From positions 25,236,001 to 25,300,000 of the forward strand of contig CM075987.1 in assembly GCA_038087875.1 (NCBI GenBank): a stretch of 64,000 nucleotides of DNA. Reading direction: 5' to 3'. The notes under the pieces were generated by a model. It was not told the DNA's origin, ran no database searches, and saw nothing but the letters and a program-made list of their open reading frames with translations. A program made the translations under genes and the position numbers. This DNA comes from Malacoraja senta (Eukaryota). Shown here one piece after another: positions 63,582 to 64,000 of the stretch. The stretch's first letter is position 1, and each line of letters starts with the position of its first letter.

Positions 63582-64000
63582 GATGGGCACGCAACAAAAA
63601 GCTTTTCATTGCACCTAAAGCATTAAAACTAAAACTAATCTAAACTAGACTAACATACTCCAGCTTTAGATTCTTCTGGTATGGGGAAAAGATTTCAGCT
63701 GCCTACCAGATCTATGCCTCTCATAATTTAGATAGCAGGGAGATAGATGTTGCACTAACAAAAATACAAAGCTGCGATCATTCAAACGTTGTTGAGGTAG
63801 GTTTATGGGGAGCATGCAATATAAGTCTCAAACAAAACATATAAGAGGAATTTAAAAACCCCCCACAGTGAATGGGAAACTGTGAAAGGCCCATTCTTCT
63901 TCTTTTACAGACACGTCGTACGTGCAAGGTTGCTCGTGAAAATCAATGTGATGATCCAGTAATCTCTCATTATAACGGAGCATAGAGGGGGCGAAATGGT

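Noticed and set aside
1..64000. CRISPR array, prokaryotic operons, rRNA
   Set aside because: Repeats are dispersed TE copies without regular repeat-spacer periodicity; no dense coding or rRNA signatures

Overview
Eukaryotic, repeat-saturated vertebrate DNA, almost certainly from a cartilaginous fish (probably a skate/ray; inferred from HE1-type SINEs and HER1/CR1 LINE 3' ends). No intact host protein-coding gene, rRNA, tRNA or CRISPR is supportable; nearly every ORF in the track is a translation of TE debris. The window holds dozens of 5'-truncated CR1/HER1 LINEs, tRNA-derived HE1 (V-)SINEs, Rex1/Babar, RTE and RTE-X fragments, Penelope-like elements (one intact GIY-YIG domain plus many pseudo-LTR fragments with minimal hammerhead motifs, often as fold-back palindromes), CpG-rich PIF/Harbinger-type MITEs, hAT-like MITEs, old Deu-domain SINEs, a degenerate hexamer array and two 200-N gaps. 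Main discovery: five short (125-190 nt) non-coding retro-insertions of three families that start with an HDV/CPEB3-like ribozyme fold instead of a tRNA head and end in a (GAA)n tail like the RTE-X LINE fragment in the same window; one head matches the mammalian CPEB3 ribozyme (sequence recalled from memory) closely in P2/P3/L3/J4-2. Family names come from motif recognition, not database searches; boundaries of degenerate repeats are approximate.
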